In this document: positions 63,160 to 64,000 of the stretch, piece by piece
How positions within the stretch are numbered: the first letter of the stretch is position 1
Layout of the letters: each line of letters begins with the position of its first letter
DNA from: Candidatus Nanopelagicales bacterium
Lineage (GTDB): Bacteria > Actinomycetota > Actinomycetes > S36-B12
Direction: 5' to 3'
Assembly: GCA_018402235.1 (NCBI GenBank)
Contig: JAGYJJ010000004.1
Span: 201,256 to 265,255 of the forward strand
DNA length: 64,000 bases
The notes under the pieces: generated by a model
The model's input: only the letters and a program-made list of their open reading frames with translations
What the model was told of the DNA's origin: nothing
The model's database searches: none
Made by a program: the position numbers and the translations under genes

Positions 63160-63768
63160 GATCGGTCCAAACTTCTCAGCGCTTCCTTAAGCAACACGCC
63201 AACATCGGGGGCGTCCGGGTCGGTCACCTCACCGAGCCGACTGGCGAGCTGATCCACCGCCGCTTCAGCTTCTCGGGGATTCCAGCCCAACGATGTGAGC
63301 GCCGCCGCAACGCCAGCACGCCAAGACTCTGAGCCTCGCCCACCGACCGAGGTGGCGGGCACCATCGAGGGCCCGAGCCGGTCTTTCAACTCCAATACGA
63401 TTCGCTGCGCGCCCTTTTTTCCGATTCCCGGCACTTTAGGTAAGCGAGGCAAGGTCCTCAGTTTCGACAGCCCGTCGAAGGTCATCTGGACCCAGGACAC
63501 TGACCAGGGCTAGCGCGATGCGCGGACCGATACCGCTCACTGTCTGAACTTGCTCGAAAACCTGGCAATGCTCGGCTTCTATGAAGCCGTAGAGGGTCCA
63601 GCCGTCTTCGCGCACCACCATCGCGGTATGCAACTCAACGTCGCTGCCCAGGCGAACTTCAGTGGTGACCTGTGCAGGCACCACAACTCTCAAAGCAATA
63701 GGTCCAAGATCGACGCTTAGGTCATCCCCGCCGATCCTCAAGACGGCACCGCGAATTCGGTCGATCAT
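63156..63768 (-). pseudogene. ruvA: Holliday junction DNA helicase subunit RuvA, interrupted by a +1 frameshift at about 63433-63442 as sequenced
   Basis: ORF 63436..63768(-) is correct up to ...VETEDLASLT*. ORF 63156..63500(-) carries KVPGIGKKGAQRIVLELKDRL. The sequence reads CTT ACC TAA AGT GCC where CTT ACC AAA GTG CCG is expected. Confidence 0.9.
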
Positions 63769-64000
63769 CGACGGGCCGCCTGCCAGACCTGCTGGGCGCG
63801 CGCCTGCTCGAGGCGTGAAGCAGCCGCGCCACGCCAGGCCTGGCAGATGGCGATCGCTGCCGCGTCGGCTGCGTCGGCCGGTTTAGGCGCTTCGGACAAA
63901 GCCAAAACCCGGGTGACCATCGACGTGACTTGCGCTTTATCCGCGCGACCGTTTCCCGTCACGGCGGCCTTAACCTCGGTGGGCGTGTGCACAGCCACTT
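63765..64000 (-). CDS. ruvC: Crossover junction endodeoxyribonuclease RuvC, C-terminal fragment (gene continues beyond right edge)
   Basis: ORF 63765..63998(-). Contains [21 protein letters not shown]...[16 protein letters not shown]. Overlaps the ruvA start. Confidence 0.85.
   Translation of the reverse strand, partial: VAVHTPTEVKAAVTGNGRADKAQVTSMVTRVLALSEAPKPADAADAAAIAICQAWRGAAASRLEQARAQQVWQAARR

Noticed and set aside
63433-63442. Programmed +1 ribosomal frameshift at the ruvA TAA (prfB-like stop-at-shift-site layout), and recoding in general for the six frameshifts
   Set aside because: There is no slippery P-site codon (ACC cannot re-pair in +1), no upstream SD-like stimulator, and no shared sequence context among the six sites. 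One site needs -1 while the others need +1. The nearby odd tRNA has a normal 7-nt anticodon loop. Indel error is the simpler explanation.

Overview
GC-rich actinobacterial chromosomal core segment. It consists almost entirely of conserved housekeeping genes in the classic Actinobacteria order: sufB/sufR | ABC pair-ctaA | ctaB | tkt-tal | rbpA | secG-tpiA-pgk-gap | whiA-yvcK-rapZ-uvrC | Rieske | uvrA | MBL hydrolase, K+ channel | uvrB-coaE-rpsA-polA | thioesterase, livHMGF | DUF559 | liv-type binding protein, ANTAR regulator | lipoprotein, tRNA | nusB-efp-M24 peptidase-aroQ-aroB-aroK-aroC-prepilin peptidase-aroE-mltG-ruvX-alaS-rarA-aspS-hisS-MBL | ppiB, DUF349 | relA-secF-secD-yajC-ruvB-ruvA-ruvC. 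I see no prophage, IS element, CRISPR array or recognisable defence island. Three signals fall outside the core. (1) A family of 20-22 bp extragenic tandem repeats occurs at three loci. Two of the arrays lie in inverted orientation around a DUF559 nuclease-fold gene wedged into the liv locus, a REP/RAYT-like layout. This is my best candidate for something undescribed, but it is only a hypothesis. (2) A clean 74-nt tRNA carries the Leu anticodon CAA on a class-I (short variable loop) body and is followed by a 31-bp duplication of its 3' end. (3) Six housekeeping genes (tkt, polA, aroB, ppiB, secF, ruvA) are interrupted by single-base frameshifts as sequenced, most plausibly assembly indels. All product calls come from motif recognition in the supplied translations plus synteny; no database search was possible.
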